Assembly (NCBI GenBank): GCA_048938855.1
Contig: JBHLLT010000001.1
Coordinates: 352,124 to 416,123, forward strand
Length of the DNA stretch: 64,000 nt
DNA from: Promethearchaeota archaeon
GTDB taxonomy: Archaea > Asgardarchaeota > Lokiarchaeia > Sigyniarchaeales > SOKP01
Reading direction: 5' to 3'
Part shown: in pieces, positions 52,321 through 61,799 of the stretch
Layout: each line of letters starts with the position of its first letter
Position numbering within the stretch: position 1 is the first letter of the stretch
Notes under the pieces: model-generated
Told to the model about the DNA's origin: nothing
Database searches by the model: none
Seen by the model: only the letters and a program-made list of their open reading frames with translations
Translations under genes and position numbers: made by a program

Positions 52321-52839
52321 TTGGGAGTAATAATAATGGCAAAAAAAAAAGTACCAAAAAAAGAAGAGGATACCGAAGAAGATCTAGATGAATTTATGGA
52401 AGAATTATTAGAAGACGAGGAAGTTGAGAGTGTTTACCCTAAAGTAGAAGATAAAAAAGAAGTAAAATCAGTTCCTCCTCCAGATGAAGAGATTATTGAA
52501 GAAGGAGAAGAAGAAGAATTTGAATTAGAAGAAGAACCATTATTTCCAGATTATAAATATCTTAATCTAAGCTTAAATAAGGGCAAAGGTGAAAATGATT
52601 ACGAATTAATTGTTGAGGGACAATCCCATGGATTTTGTAATATCCTTGTAAAACATTTATTAAATATTGAGGGTGTAAATATTGCTGCCTATAAAGCAAC
52701 TAATATATTCCCTGCACAAATTTTCATACGCCTTGAAAATTCTAAAAATTATAAAATTAAAGATATTTTACATAAAGGTATTGAATCATTGAGAGAAGAA
52801 GTTCTCGAAACTCAAAAAATATTTAAAAAGCTTACTTAA
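52321..52839 (+). CDS. rpoL: RNA polymerase subunit L (Rpo11)-like with acidic N-terminal extension; likely start ATG 52336
   Basis: ELIVEGQSHGFCNILVKHLL..GV..AAY matches the Rpo11 core; csl4-rpoL-DUF99 synteny. Confidence 0.78.
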   Translation: MGVIIMAKKKVPKKEEDTEEDLDEFMEELLEDEEVESVYPKVEDKKEVKSVPPPDEEIIEEGEEEEFELEEEPLFPDYKYLNLSLNKGKGENDYELIVEGQSHGFCNILVKHLLNIEGVNIAAYKATNIFPAQIFIRLENSKNYKIKDILHKGIESLREEVLETQKIFKKLT

Positions 52840-52896
52840 CACATTTTTCTCTTTTTTATGAAAACTTTATAAGAGGTTTTAATTCAACTTATCATA

Positions 52897-53349
52897 ATGG
52901 ATTACGAGTTTTTAATTTCAGATTTAACCCTTAATAAAACACAAAAAGCTATCGGAACTGATAAAGGGTTGGCAAAAATTGGAGATGCAATTATCAATTT
53001 ATCCTATTCAGTAGCAAAGTCTATATATTTAACGAAAAATAATCTGAGCCATAAAGTGATTCGAACTGGAAAAAAAGTAAGTAAAAATGTTTTAGAAACA
53101 GCATTAAAAAATGCCAATATGAAAAGCTTTGCAAGAACAAGAGCTGATGCTCACGATCTTGCAGATACAGTTGAAGCGATAGTGGCATATGTGTGGTTTA
53201 TCAATAAAATGTCTGTAAAAGAGATTATAAATTTCTTGGCTGATAATCTCTCAGGAGATCTTCTTAATAGGGCTGAGGAGATTAAAAATGCTACAGTTGC
53301 ATTTACTAATCTATTAAATCATATTAAACAATTTCTACCCAATAATTAG
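52897..53349 (+). CDS. Archaeal RNase III-like (mini) domain protein
   Basis: DKGLAKIGDAIINLSYS and ADTVEAIVAY signatures. Confidence 0.75.
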   Translation: MDYEFLISDLTLNKTQKAIGTDKGLAKIGDAIINLSYSVAKSIYLTKNNLSHKVIRTGKKVSKNVLETALKNANMKSFARTRADAHDLADTVEAIVAYVWFINKMSVKEIINFLADNLSGDLLNRAEEIKNATVAFTNLLNHIKQFLPNN

Positions 53350-53356
53350 TAAGACT

Positions 53357-53917
53357 ATGAAAGAAAATCCTATTGTAATTGGAATAGATGATGCAACCTT
53401 TGAATTAAAGACAATTGCAAAAACTACTCAGTTAATTGGTGTTGTATGTCAAGGAATTAGACCTGTTAGCGTTTTTCGAACAGAAATTGAAATTGATGGA
53501 CAAAATGCAACTGAAAAGCTAATAGAATTAGTAACAAATAACGATAAACATGTTCAATTTATATTAACTCATAGTATTACTTTCGGAGGATTTAACCTAA
53601 TTAATTTAAACAAGATTTATAATGAAGTAGGGAAACCAATAATTGCCGTTAATGAACGAAATGTTGATATCGATTTAGTAATAAAAACTATCAAACAGAA
53701 ATTTCCAATTAGATTTAAACAAAAAATTCAAAACATTATTGATGCAGGAAATTTATTTCATACTCAAATTGAGACTGCGGGAGGTATATCAGATATTTAT
53801 TTCCACTCTAAAGGAATTGAAAATGATAAAGTAGAATCACTGTTGCAAAAGGTCTGTATTGACTCTAAATTACCAGAGTGTGTCCGACTTGCTCATTTAA
53901 TAGGAAAAATATTTTAA
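53357..53917 (+). CDS. DUF99 family protein (endonuclease V-like)
   Basis: IGIDDA, DGQNAT, ITFGGFN, LPECVRLAHLI. Confidence 0.85.
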   Translation: MKENPIVIGIDDATFELKTIAKTTQLIGVVCQGIRPVSVFRTEIEIDGQNATEKLIELVTNNDKHVQFILTHSITFGGFNLINLNKIYNEVGKPIIAVNERNVDIDLVIKTIKQKFPIRFKQKIQNIIDAGNLFHTQIETAGGISDIYFHSKGIENDKVESLLQKVCIDSKLPECVRLAHLIGKIF

Positions 53918-53935
53918 GAACTACTTTTAAATCTT

Positions 53936-54409
53936 CTATTTTGACTCAATCTCGTATTCTAAAATATCTCGTATTCTGTCTCTTAAATCCAACCTAATAG
54001 CAGACATACCATAAGTACGTATGCCTAATTTTTTCTGGACTTTTTTTGCAGTCAAAGCATCTGGAAGATCTTGTTTATTAGCAATTGCTATGATTTTGGT
54101 ATCGAGATATCGTGAAAATTTCTTGTAGATCTCTTTAGTTTCTTTAATATTATCTTCTGTGGAATCACAGACTAAAACTGCTAATCCTGCTCCTCTTAAA
54201 AAATCCTGCCACATGAATCTAAACCGTTCTTGTCCTCCAAAATCCCATATATTGACTTTTTTTCCATTTAAAATTGAATCTTCTATTTCTAAACCTACTG
54301 TTGGGTTTCTCTCCTTTGATATTTCACGACCTTGAAGTAAGTTTAACAAAGATGACTTTCCAACACTACTTAACCCAAAAATACAAATTTTTGTTTTAGT
54401 CGAAAGAAC
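53936..54409 (-). CDS. Arf-like small GTPase; frame extends upstream of the tracked TTG (54349) to include the P-loop, start codon non-canonical or uncertain
   Basis: Upstream in-frame KICIFGLSSVGKSS (G1); PTVG, WDFGGQ, NKQD, SA; in-frame TGA at 54416-54418. Confidence 0.85.
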   Translation of the reverse strand, partial: VLSTKTKICIFGLSSVGKSSLLNLLQGREISKERNPTVGLEIEDSILNGKKVNIWDFGGQERFRFMWQDFLRGAGLAVLVCDSTEDNIKETKEIYKKFSRYLDTKIIAIANKQDLPDALTAKKVQKKLGIRTYGMSAIRLDLRDRIRDILEYEIESK

Positions 54410-54614
54410 CTTAAATCAACCTTTTCTAAATACAACCTATTAAGAAGAAAAGGCAAATAATTCTTCAAAAAAGAAAATATCATTCATGTATCATGGGAGT
54501 ATTCTAATAAAACATAAAGTTAAATAAAAACTAGCTTGATTTAAATGAATTAGTATCAAAAAAATATTCAAGTAAAAATAAGAATTTAAGAAAAAATTTC
54601 AAATATAGTAAGAT

Positions 54615-55916
54615 TTATGCTCCTGGTACAATATCTTTAACTATACCCACAGCGACGGTTCTGCCCATATCGCGTACAGCAAATCGACCCATCTCAGGAA
54701 TATCCTCATATTTTTCAAGACACATTTTCTTAATTGGTGTTAACTCAACGATAGCAGACTCGTTCTTTTTCAGAAACTTTGGTGAATCTTCAATCACTGC
54801 TCCAGTCTTCTGATCTAACTTCTTAACTAAAGCAGAGAATCTTGCAGCTACTTGTGCTGTATGTGCATGAATAACTGGAGTATATCCTTGTGCAACTGCA
54901 GTAGGATGCCAAATAACAATAATTTGTCCCGTCCATTTTCCCTTTGGTGTTATTACTGTTGGTGGATCTTTAGGATGTCCTAAACAATCACCCCGACTTG
55001 CATCTTCCATTGTAATACCTCGAATACTAAATCCAACATTGTCTCCTGGGATAGCTTGTGGAATCTCCTCATGATGCATTTCAATTGATCGAATTTCTCC
55101 TTTAAATCCAGTAGGCATAATTATTATTTGATCGCCTTTCTTCAAAATTCCAGTTTCTACTCTTCCAACGGGTACGACTCCAGTACCTTTAATTCTATAA
55201 GCATCTTGGATAGGAAGTCTTAAAGGTTTACCAGTTGGCTTTTCAGGAAGTGTAAACTCATCAATGGCATCAATCAATGTTGGTCCATCATACCAGGGCA
55301 TTTTATCACTTTTCTTTGAGAGATTTTCCATTTGCATGCCACTTGTAGGAATGAATTTCACGCCCTTAAAGCCTATACTCTTAAGTAAGTCTCCTACTGA
55401 TTCTTTGCATTCATTAAATCGATCTTCTGAGTAATCATAGATATCTGCTTTATTGACAGCAACTACTATCTGTTTGATCCCCAGAGTTTGTGCTAAATAC
55501 GCATGTTCACGAGTTTGTCCATTAGCAGCGATGCCAACTTCCATTTCCCCTTTTTTACCAGAAACAACAAGAATAGCAGCATCAGCCTGGCTGGCGCCGG
55601 TTATCATATTCTTGACAAAATCTGCATGACCAGGCGCATCGATGATAGTAAAGTATTTTGTCTTGGTTTCGAACTTTCTAAATGCCAAATCAATGGTAAT
55701 CCCCCTTTGTCGTTCCTCTTTTAGTCTGTCAAAGACAAAAGCATATGACCAAGAATCTCTGTCGTATTCCTTTGCGAGTTTTTCCAATTCACGGGCTTCT
55801 CTGTCAGTTACAGCTCCAGTTTCAATGAGCATTGCGCCCATCATAGTACTCTTACCGTGATCAATGTGTCCGATTATAACCAAATTCAGGTGGTCTTTAT
55901 CAGCCATTTTCATCAA
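54615..55916 (-). CDS. tuf: Elongation factor 1-alpha (aEF-1A)
   Basis: GHIDHGKST, RGITID, DAPGH, NKAD, GRFAVRDMGRTVAVG. Confidence 0.97.
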   Translation of the reverse strand: MMKMADKDHLNLVIIGHIDHGKSTMMGAMLIETGAVTDREARELEKLAKEYDRDSWSYAFVFDRLKEERQRGITIDLAFRKFETKTKYFTIIDAPGHADFVKNMITGASQADAAILVVSGKKGEMEVGIAANGQTREHAYLAQTLGIKQIVVAVNKADIYDYSEDRFNECKESVGDLLKSIGFKGVKFIPTSGMQMENLSKKSDKMPWYDGPTLIDAIDEFTLPEKPTGKPLRLPIQDAYRIKGTGVVPVGRVETGILKKGDQIIIMPTGFKGEIRSIEMHHEEIPQAIPGDNVGFSIRGITMEDASRGDCLGHPKDPPTVITPKGKWTGQIIVIWHPTAVAQGYTPVIHAHTAQVAARFSALVKKLDQKTGAVIEDSPKFLKKNESAIVELTPIKKMCLEKYEDIPEMGRFAVRDMGRTVAVGIVKDIVPGA

Positions 55917-56109
55917 TTTCCTTTATTTTTTTTGATTTAATTATTCTGAATATAATATTAAATATTAAAATTATTTTTATTAGATGTTAATTGTAAATGT
56001 TGTTGAATTTATATTTTTTACTATATTACCGCAGAATTATCGAGTATTAAATTAATGTATTGACTAAATATCGATCCTTAGATTAACACTATATAAAAAG
56101 GCAAATAAA

Positions 56110-56240
56110 TAGGTAAAACCCGAAATTGGACTTCGGATGTAGTTCAAAAATTCAAACTATAAATTTATTCAATTCTATATTGAATACAATTTTGGACTTT
56201 TGAATCAAATAAGAAATTTAAGTAAGACGAAATTTACCTA
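56110..56240. other. Nested inverted repeats in the tuf/aor intergenic region (possible structured RNA leader or operator array)
   Basis: TAGGTAAA/TTTACCTA closing arms; CCGAA/TTCGG hairpin; TTCAAAAATTCAAA/TTTGGACTTTTGAA enclosing TATTCAAT/ATTGAATA. Confidence 0.35.
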
Positions 56241-56278
56241 AATAACATATCAATTTAATTCTAGTAAAGGAGTTTCAA

Positions 56279-58144
56279 ATGGTTAATGGATATACGGGAA
56301 ATATACTCCGCGTAGATTTGACAAATAAAGAAATCTCAATTGAGAATCCTGATGAAATTTTTTACCGTCGATATATTGGTGGTGAAGGTTTTGTAGCCTA
56401 TTATCTTTTACAAGAAGTTTCAAGAGGGATCGACCCATTAGGACCAGAGAATAAATTAATCTTTGCTACGGGCCCTTTAACGGGATATGCAATTCCAGGA
56501 ACCGGTAGAAATAGTGTAGGGGCAAAATCCCCTTTAACGGGTGGCTTTGGTGAAGCTGAGGTTGGAGGTCACTGGGGGGCTGAATTAAAACATGCAGGTT
56601 TTGATGCGATAATAGTTGAAGGAAAAGCAAAAAGTCCGGTGTATTTATGGATAAAGGATGGAGTGGCAGAAATAAAGGATGCTAGTCATCTTTGGGGTAA
56701 GGTTACTGGAGAAGTAGAGTCAATTATTAAAAATGAGTTGGGGGATGAATTAATCCGTGTTGCTCAAATTGGACCAGGAGGAGAACGATTAGTGCGTTAT
56801 GCTTGTGTTATTAATGATCTTAGAAATGCTGCTGGTCGAACTGGTATGGGAGCTGTTATGGGTTCTAAAAATTTAAAAGCGATAGCAGTTAGAGGTCATA
56901 AGAGACTAGAAGTCAAGAATAAAGAAAAGTTAAGGGAAAAAATTAAAGAATTCAATGAATTAGCTTATAAACCTGTTAGAGGATATTTTGAATATGGTAC
57001 TGGAGGGGGTATTATGGAACCATTTGCTAAGTCTGGAAATCTTCCAACGCGAAATTTTCGGGATGGTAATTTTTCTGGTGCAAGGCGTTTAGATCCTGGT
57101 ATTATGAAAGAAGAAATTGGACTTAAGATGGAAGCATGTTATGCTTGTTCAATTCGGTGTAAAAAAATAGTAGATATTAAGGAACCATGGACAGTTGATC
57201 CAATTTATGGGGGTCCCGAATATGAATCGATTGCAGCGTTTGGCTCTAATTGTGGTGTGGATGATATAAAAGCAGTTTGTAAAGCTAATGAGATTTGTAA
57301 TCAATATTCTTTAGATACGATTTCTGTAGGAGTTTCTGTTGGATTTGCAATGGAGTGTTATGAGAAGGGGATCTTATCTGATAAAGATACAGATGGGTTA
57401 AAGCTTAATTTTGGAAATGCTGAAGCTATGGTTAAGATGGTTGAAAAAATAGCTAAACGTGAAGGATTAGGCGATATTTTAGCTGAAGGTGTCAAAAAAG
57501 TTGCTGAAAAATTTGGTAATGGTGCAAATAAATTTGCTATGCATGTAAAAGGGCAAGAAATTCCAATGCATGAACCTCGTTTAAAACAGGGATTAGGAAT
57601 CGGTTATACAATTTCTCCGACGGGAGCAGAACACATGGCAAATTTACATGATACTTCAATTGCGAGTGAACGAGCAATAGAATCTCATAAAGCAATTGGA
57701 ATTTTAGAACCTCTTGAGCTAAATGATCTAGGAGAAAAGAAGATTAAAGCATTGGTATATTATAGTAATTGGCGCAATCTATACAATGCTTTATTAATAT
57801 GCTATTTCTTGCCTTGGGATTATGTTGATGCGCCTGAAATCTTAGCAGCGGTAACGGGGTGGTATACTTCAACTTGGGAATTAATGAAAGTAGGAGAGAG
57901 GATAATAACTATGGCAAGAGCATTTAATATTAGGGAAGGACTTACAAAAGAAGATGATTGGTTACCAGAAAGATTTTTCGAACCTCATACATCAGGAGCT
58001 CTCGCGGAGACTTTTATTAAACCGGATGAACTTAAAAATGGGATAGTTACTTATTATAAAATGATGGGATGGAATGAAGCCGGAAAGCCTACAAAATCAA
58101 AATTAGCAGAATTGGATATAGGATGGGTTTCTCAATATCTATAA
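56279..58144 (+). CDS. aor: Tungsten-containing aldehyde:ferredoxin oxidoreductase family protein
   Basis: ILRVDL, KSPLTGG, GRTGMGAVMGSKNLKA, CxxCxxxC, GPEYE, LDTIS, HVKG, EDDWLPERF; AAGGAG SD upstream. Confidence 0.93.
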   Translation: MVNGYTGNILRVDLTNKEISIENPDEIFYRRYIGGEGFVAYYLLQEVSRGIDPLGPENKLIFATGPLTGYAIPGTGRNSVGAKSPLTGGFGEAEVGGHWGAELKHAGFDAIIVEGKAKSPVYLWIKDGVAEIKDASHLWGKVTGEVESIIKNELGDELIRVAQIGPGGERLVRYACVINDLRNAAGRTGMGAVMGSKNLKAIAVRGHKRLEVKNKEKLREKIKEFNELAYKPVRGYFEYGTGGGIMEPFAKSGNLPTRNFRDGNFSGARRLDPGIMKEEIGLKMEACYACSIRCKKIVDIKEPWTVDPIYGGPEYESIAAFGSNCGVDDIKAVCKANEICNQYSLDTISVGVSVGFAMECYEKGILSDKDTDGLKLNFGNAEAMVKMVEKIAKREGLGDILAEGVKKVAEKFGNGANKFAMHVKGQEIPMHEPRLKQGLGIGYTISPTGAEHMANLHDTSIASERAIESHKAIGILEPLELNDLGEKKIKALVYYSNWRNLYNALLICYFLPWDYVDAPEILAAVTGWYTSTWELMKVGERIITMARAFNIREGLTKEDDWLPERFFEPHTSGALAETFIKPDELKNGIVTYYKMMGWNEAGKPTKSKLAELDIGWVSQYL

Positions 58145-58169
58145 GTTTTTTTATAAGTAACAAACGATT

Positions 58170-58640
58170 TCAATCTTCATCTGTATTTGCATTTTCTAAA
58201 TCTTCAGCATAATGTCCTTTTATGTCCTCATACAATTCTCTTTTATTATCTTTTAATAGTTTAAAGATTTCTTCCACATCCTTTCGAAAATTAACTTTTT
58301 TTCCCTCAGAATCAGTAATTTCAATAATAACTTTATTTTGTAAAAATTTTTTAAAAACTAAATCAATATCATAGATATTTACATGAGTTTCTTTAAAAAA
58401 ATCTAATAGATGATGCAAATAAAGAGCTTTAATATAACCTTTCTTATCTTTGTACTTTTCACAGAAATATTTGAGTTGTTGTGAAATGATGCTCTCATCA
58501 TCATCTTCAGGTTCTATATTATCTTCTTTATAAAGAGCCCAATCAAAACCATAATCTAAAGCTCTATTTACTAAATCAGCTACATTCTTGCGAATACCTG
58601 CCTTTTCAGCCCATTTTGTATGAATAAACCAATTTGGTAT
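58170..58640 (-). CDS. Hypothetical protein, possible metal-dependent hydrolase; likely ATA start (tracked TTG at 58418 is internal)
   Basis: Open frame from ATA 58640: (M)PNWFIHTKWAEKAGI...ALD...YLHHLLD; preceded by in-frame TGA TGA AAA. Confidence 0.65.
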   Translation of the reverse strand: MPNWFIHTKWAEKAGIRKNVADLVNRALDYGFDWALYKEDNIEPEDDDESIISQQLKYFCEKYKDKKGYIKALYLHHLLDFFKETHVNIYDIDLVFKKFLQNKVIIEITDSEGKKVNFRKDVEEIFKLLKDNKRELYEDIKGHYAEDLENANTDED

Positions 58641-58759
58641 TTTTCATCAACCTTAGTCTGATTTTTATGTGAAAGATAAAAAAAATAAAAAATTATAGTT
58701 CGTTATTACAAATAATAATTTTAAAAAATTAAATAATAAACAATAACCTTATCAAAACA

Positions 58760-59581
58760 ATGGTAAAAAGTAAAACAAAGTTTCCACATGAAGGAGAATT
58801 TGTGGTTGCTAAAGTAACAGAGGTTCAAAATCAATATGTTTATGTTGATTTAATAGATTATGATGGATTAGATCATGAATCTAACGCACGTGGTATGATT
58901 CACATATCAGAAATTAGTTCTAGATGGATTAAAAATATACGTAATTATGTAAGAATTGGTCAAAGAGTTGTTTTACGAGTATTAAGAGTAGATGTGGATA
59001 AAGGGCATGTAGATTTATCATTGCGCAGGGTTAATTCTGCTCAAAAAGAAAATCGAATAAAAGAATGGAAATATGCACTCAAATTTGAAAATTTATTACA
59101 ATTTCTTATTGAGTCCGAAGGAATTAATATGACACTTGATGAAGTTTATGATCTAATAGGATTTCCAATCTTAGAAATGTTTGAAACACACCAAGAAGCT
59201 ATTGAAACTTTAAAAGAAAGTGGTGAAGAAATTTTGTCAGATTTACCAGGGATAACAGATGATATTAAGGAAAATCTGTTAAAAATTATTGATGAAAATG
59301 TAAGTATATCGACAGTAAGTATATCTGGTAAGGTTAAACTTTCATTTACTTCAGAAAATGGCATAGATTATATTAAAGAATCCCTCTTGGACGCATTAAA
59401 AGTAATAGAACAAAAGAAAACAAGAAATATTAATATTAATTACATTGCTGCCCCTTTTTATCGATTAGAAGTTGTCTCAAAAGACTACTTGGATGCTGAA
59501 AATATCTTGTCTACTGCTCTCGAAGTCATTGAACATAAAGCTAATGAATACAAAGGATCTTTTGAATTTATTAGAGATTAA
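58760..59581 (+). CDS. eif2a: Translation initiation factor aIF2 subunit alpha
   Basis: S1 domain (GMIHISEISSRWIKNIR, GHVDLSLRRV), KEWK, YIAAPFYR. Confidence 0.95.
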   Translation: MVKSKTKFPHEGEFVVAKVTEVQNQYVYVDLIDYDGLDHESNARGMIHISEISSRWIKNIRNYVRIGQRVVLRVLRVDVDKGHVDLSLRRVNSAQKENRIKEWKYALKFENLLQFLIESEGINMTLDEVYDLIGFPILEMFETHQEAIETLKESGEEILSDLPGITDDIKENLLKIIDENVSISTVSISGKVKLSFTSENGIDYIKESLLDALKVIEQKKTRNININYIAAPFYRLEVVSKDYLDAENILSTALEVIEHKANEYKGSFEFIRD

Positions 59582-59589
59582 TATATAAA

Positions 59590-59790
59590 ATGTTGATTTT
59601 TCTCATGACAAAATACCTTCTAAAATGCAAAGACTGTAATAAATATGGACTACATAATTCCGAATTAAAGTGCCGTTATTGTGGAGGGCAATTAGTAAAT
59701 CCAAGACCTCCTAAATTTTCTTTAATTGATAAGTATGGAAAATATCGATTGAAATATTTTAAAGAAGAGTTTGATAAGAAGTTCAAGTAA
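59590..59790 (+). CDS. nop10: H/ACA RNP protein Nop10 (likely start ATG 59605)
   Basis: CKDC..CRYCGG, PPKFSLIDKYGKYR; follows aIF2-alpha. Confidence 0.9.
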   Translation: MLIFLMTKYLLKCKDCNKYGLHNSELKCRYCGGQLVNPRPPKFSLIDKYGKYRLKYFKEEFDKKFK

Positions 59791-59792
59791 CG

Positions 59793-60458
59793 TTAGTTAA
59801 TTTCTATTTTTTCGGCAAATTTTTCAAATATGAGAATTTTTGCATTTTTTTGAGGGAGATGTGCTATATCTTCTACTTGAAATGGGCCATAGTTAACAAG
59901 ATCAATACCTACTAAAGGAGGGGTATCCTTTAAGAATCTTACTAAAATATAATCAATTTCTTCTTCACTTCTCTCTTTTTTAGAGTCAAGAATTTTAGTA
60001 GGTATTTCATCCTTCGAAATTGGAGTTTCTTCAAATGCAGCCTTAATTTTCTCTCTCACTTCATTCAAGTTTAGGGTTTTAATTTCATCCTCTTCATAGA
60101 GAGAAATTGCTTTTACTTTTTTATAACCCTTAATAGAACTTACCAAATTTTCATAAAGTAACTTCTCTGCTTCAATTACACTGTCCAAATTGATTTCTTT
60201 AAGTGCTAAGGCGAAGTTTATTATTTTAAGTTCTCTAATCTTCAAAAAATCTTTAAACAGATAATTCATATTCTCTTTATATGATTTTATTAGCTGATCT
60301 TTTAGATCATCTTTTATTTCTTCGTGATAATTGTTTATAAAATCCAAATTCTTTTTATATTCATTGAATTCTTTTTGATTTAACTCAGTTAACTTAGTAT
60401 TCTGAAATTCTTTAAGCCAATGCTGGTAAAGTTTTTCGTAATCTTTTTGTAATTCCAT
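59793..60458 (-). CDS. gins51: GINS complex subunit Gins51 (Gins15)
   Basis: A-domain (LTEL, IRELKII, EKLLY) plus B-domain LVRFLKDTPPLVGIDLVNYGPF; downstream of priS. Confidence 0.88.
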   Translation of the reverse strand: MELQKDYEKLYQHWLKEFQNTKLTELNQKEFNEYKKNLDFINNYHEEIKDDLKDQLIKSYKENMNYLFKDFLKIRELKIINFALALKEINLDSVIEAEKLLYENLVSSIKGYKKVKAISLYEEDEIKTLNLNEVREKIKAAFEETPISKDEIPTKILDSKKERSEEEIDYILVRFLKDTPPLVGIDLVNYGPFQVEDIAHLPQKNAKILIFEKFAEKIEIN

Positions 60459-60518
60459 AAATTTCGAATTTTTCAGTTTGATATAATAAGAAGGTGTTCT
60501 AAGTTTAAAATTGTTGAG

Positions 60519-61799
60519 TTAGATAGATTTAGCAACCCCTTTACATAACAAAAATATAGCAATATGATGAGGAACTTCAATCTTTTCTCCAATTTTATAT
60601 GGCCCATATGTTTCACCTTTAATTATTGTTGCTGGTACAATTGGTTCGGTTATTTCTAGCTTTTGAATCGTTTGAACCTTGCTTAAAAAAACAATCGGAT
60701 CTAATTTCTCGGTTTGTTCATCTAAAGGATTAAATAGATCAAGTTCATCAACCAATATCTCTTGAACCTTAAATCCTGTACTACCATGTAAGGATCCGGG
60801 ATATCTTATCAGCCTATGGATATCTATTGAAACAGGTGCATCAAGTTTAATTCCAATCTCTTTAACTATTGCCTCTAAAAACTTATACCACATATTAAGA
60901 TTCGAACTCACGAGAGTCCAATTGTTATTCTCATCTTTCCTAATAGTGGACAATAATTGATCCTTATAATTTACTAAATTTTCTATAAATTTTAGAGATA
61001 AATTATATACATTTTTATTTGATAATAACGATTCGATTGCTAAATTAGGCATATTTAATATTTCTTCAATTTTACTTATTATTTTTTGAGACCATCCTAA
61101 AGTTTGTTTAGATAATCCAAAAACGTTTCCTCCAATCTCTCGTAAACCTAGAATTTCAAATGATATATTTTCTCCTGTAAGATAATCTACAATTTCCCTC
61201 CTTTCATCACTCGATAAGGATCTAAGGTCCGCATCTTCAACTTTTAAATGGTATCCTCTATGCCCAGAAAATGCTATCCGTATGTTTTCAATATCAATAT
61301 TAAAATCGTTTAGTAAGAAATCATTGATCTTCATTATTTCTCTCTTAGCAATATTTAAACATTTTTCACAGATCCATGTTAATTTCTTCAATTTTGATTT
61401 TCCGCAATCTGGACATTTTTCCACCATTCCGTTTCCGTTTTTTCCACATTCTTTACAATACCAAAAATCATGTTCATTCTTACATGGTGTATAAAAATGA
61501 TCTACGTCAATATCGACAATGAAATCACAACCGAGGTAGTCTTTATGTTCCATGTTTTGAATTTCTGGTTTTGAGTAGAGAGAACCACTTGCGTAAACAT
61601 GTCTAGGCCCATTATTGGTTAATTCTATTAAAAGTTGGTCAAATTTTGAATAACCTATATGTCTTATCATCCTTATCTGTTGATCCCAAGGAATAAAACC
61701 AAATTCTCGTTGCTTAAAAGAATTGACTTTTGGTATTTTGGTTTTATTTTCGTTATAAAATTCTTTGAATTGACGCTGTAAGTAATTTAGATCATTCAT
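60519..61799 (-). CDS. priS: DNA primase small (catalytic) subunit; likely start ATG 61799 overlapping the priL stop
   Basis: REFGF, DIDVDH, FSGHRGYH, DIHRLIRYPGSLH; Cys-rich Zn region. Confidence 0.93.
   Translation of the reverse strand: MNDLNYLQRQFKEFYNENKTKIPKVNSFKQREFGFIPWDQQIRMIRHIGYSKFDQLLIELTNNGPRHVYASGSLYSKPEIQNMEHKDYLGCDFIVDIDVDHFYTPCKNEHDFWYCKECGKNGNGMVEKCPDCGKSKLKKLTWICEKCLNIAKREIMKINDFLLNDFNIDIENIRIAFSGHRGYHLKVEDADLRSLSSDERREIVDYLTGENISFEILGLREIGGNVFGLSKQTLGWSQKIISKIEEILNMPNLAIESLLSNKNVYNLSLKFIENLVNYKDQLLSTIRKDENNNWTLVSSNLNMWYKFLEAIVKEIGIKLDAPVSIDIHRLIRYPGSLHGSTGFKVQEILVDELDLFNPLDEQTEKLDPIVFLSKVQTIQKLEITEPIVPATIIKGETYGPYKIGEKIEVPHHIAIFLLCKGVAKSI

Noticed and set aside
54416-54445. 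Selenocysteine or readthrough of the TGA upstream of the Arf-like GTPase
   Set aside because: An in-frame TAG follows a few codons further upstream with no start codon in between, so readthrough does not rescue a start
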